DNA of 64,000 nucleotides from the human T2T-CHM13v2.0 reference genome, Homo sapiens. This document shows, in pieces, positions 62,299 through 64,000 of the stretch; the first letter of the stretch is position 1; the number at the start of each line of letters is the position of its first letter. A program made the position numbers and the translations under genes. The stretch lies in the NCBI RefSeq assembly GCF_009914755.1, contig NC_060937.1. One strand, 5' to 3'. The notes under the pieces are model-generated. The model did no database searches. It worked only from the letters and a program-made list of their open reading frames with translations, and had not been told where the DNA came from.

Positions 62299-64000
62299 TC
62301 CAGAATTTCTAATTCATCACATAAATGAACAATTTTATTGGTTACCTAGATGTTACTTATGTTGTTTTATGCAACGAATTTTGAACAGAAAATTGGATCA
62401 TATTAATAATAATAGTAAGAATAGACATCTCTGTATTTCCTAAGTCATCTGATCTATAAAAATGCCAACCCCTTCACATGCTCTAAAGTATGCTTATGAT
62501 TTCTCATACCAGCAGCCAACGTGGCATAATAAAAGAGCGTGCTTGGTCAGTATTATTGTTTTATCATGGTCTATCTCCATGTGGTAAGGTGTCCTGAGAA
62601 GGCTGTAAACACACTGAAGCGTGTTGTCTTCTGTGTCTGTCTAGGTCTAATCAATAACAATAGGTATTTATGATTTCCATTTGACAAATGTTTATCAAAG
62701 GCCAGGAAACACTGCTGAAAACGACTAACTTGATCCTGCTGTTATGGCATTTTAATCTTGGATTAATTATTACTACGTACCCAAACTTCATTTTACTCAA
62801 CACCCATATTCATTTAGTAAACAAGCTGAGGGGTGCCAACTTTATGGTAAGCACCGTGGTACTGTTTATAAATACAAAGTGAACAAGACAGACCAATTAG
62901 TACCCTTATTGATATGTGAAATTTTGGTAAACGAATGCAACTGTTTTAGTTTGTACTTGAATTTTATTGTAGCTGCTGCCTAGCCACATGCTTATGAATG
63001 GCAGAGCACTACTTAAAAATAGCTGTTCTTAAAATCAATGACTCATTGCCCTGTGCTAGACATTTAATTTTCTCTTTTCTTGGAAAAAGCTTTTTCTCAG
63101 GAGTATTCCCCAGCCACCCTTCATTCAAAACCTTGGAAAAGACACTGCACTAACTCTATGATATCCCTGAAAGCCATGTGAGCAAGATCACATTTGTGTA
63201 TAAAGCCCCCCAGAAAACAAATAATATGCAGAAATATAGACAAGAATTATTTTTGACCTTCTAGTTAATATATCTGCCATTTATTCTGTGTCAATATGAG
63301 CCAAGCATGATTGGTCAATTTATATTTATTATTTCAAATTTTCATAACCTTGCTGCAAGGTATATATAATTATCTCAGAGATGTTAAGTGATGTGTCCCA
63401 TGGAGATTGCTCACACTCTTAAAAGTAGAATTTGCATGTAGGTACTTGTCATTCTTCCATGCTCTGCTGCTTCTGTGTGTATGATGGTGTATTAAGTTTC
63501 GGAGCTTATGAGAAGAAACACTAATGGAATCAGGAAGAATGCAGTCATTTATTTAAATATTCTACAAATTGATAAAAACATATGTTTTTAAAATGATTTT
63601 GAATACAACAGAGTCTTTCCATTTTAACTTGATTTTTGGTATTGCAAATATTTAAGCAGTGCTTAAACAGTCTCTAACTGAATCCAAATGATGTTATTAT
63701 AATTGCTGTATGAATGGAACAAAATGCTTTAACTCCTCCCAGGAGAACATTGTATTTGTCTCTTCCACACTCTCTTTGGAGGAATAGATTGATTTAGGCA
63801 AATACATTACAGGAGTAAAGACCTTTTTAAAGATTGCCTCCTAATCTCTACTCCACTCCATTCTAGCTCTATTATATCATGTCTCTCTGAGTATAAACAT
63901 ATACTTTCAGTACAAGTTACTATTCGGTCCACAATTTTCAGAAAATTGTGGTTGTTAAATATCTTCACACAGGCCTATTGCTATGTATGTCAAGAGTACG

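Overview
AT-rich primate genomic DNA, most likely hominoid/human (AluY incl. an AluYd-type copy, L1PA7-like, THE1, MLT2A). It is intergenic or deep-intronic and dominated by interspersed repeats: Alu, L1, L2, MIR, MaLR/ERVL LTRs and MER DNA transposons. No recognisable protein-coding gene, tRNA, rRNA or CpG island is present. Nearly all listed ORFs are Alu, L1, LTR or microsatellite artefacts. I found no convincing new biological system. The most notable structures are: (1) a short interstitial (TTAGGG)n insertion with a ~140-bp inverted duplication inside an old L1 (8071-8709), resembling a DSB-repair scar; (2) an L1PA7-like insertion with a ~1.05-kb inversion-duplication whose two arms share a private compensated ORF2 frameshift, plus a possible short 3' transduction (36816-40544); (3) a phase-consistent minus-strand chain of candidate exons ending in a stop and AATAAA (13144->4683) that I cannot assign to a known gene; (4) LTRs retaining DUX4-type motifs and splice donors. 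Repeat subfamily calls are from recalled consensus features. Boundaries of old repeats are approximate.
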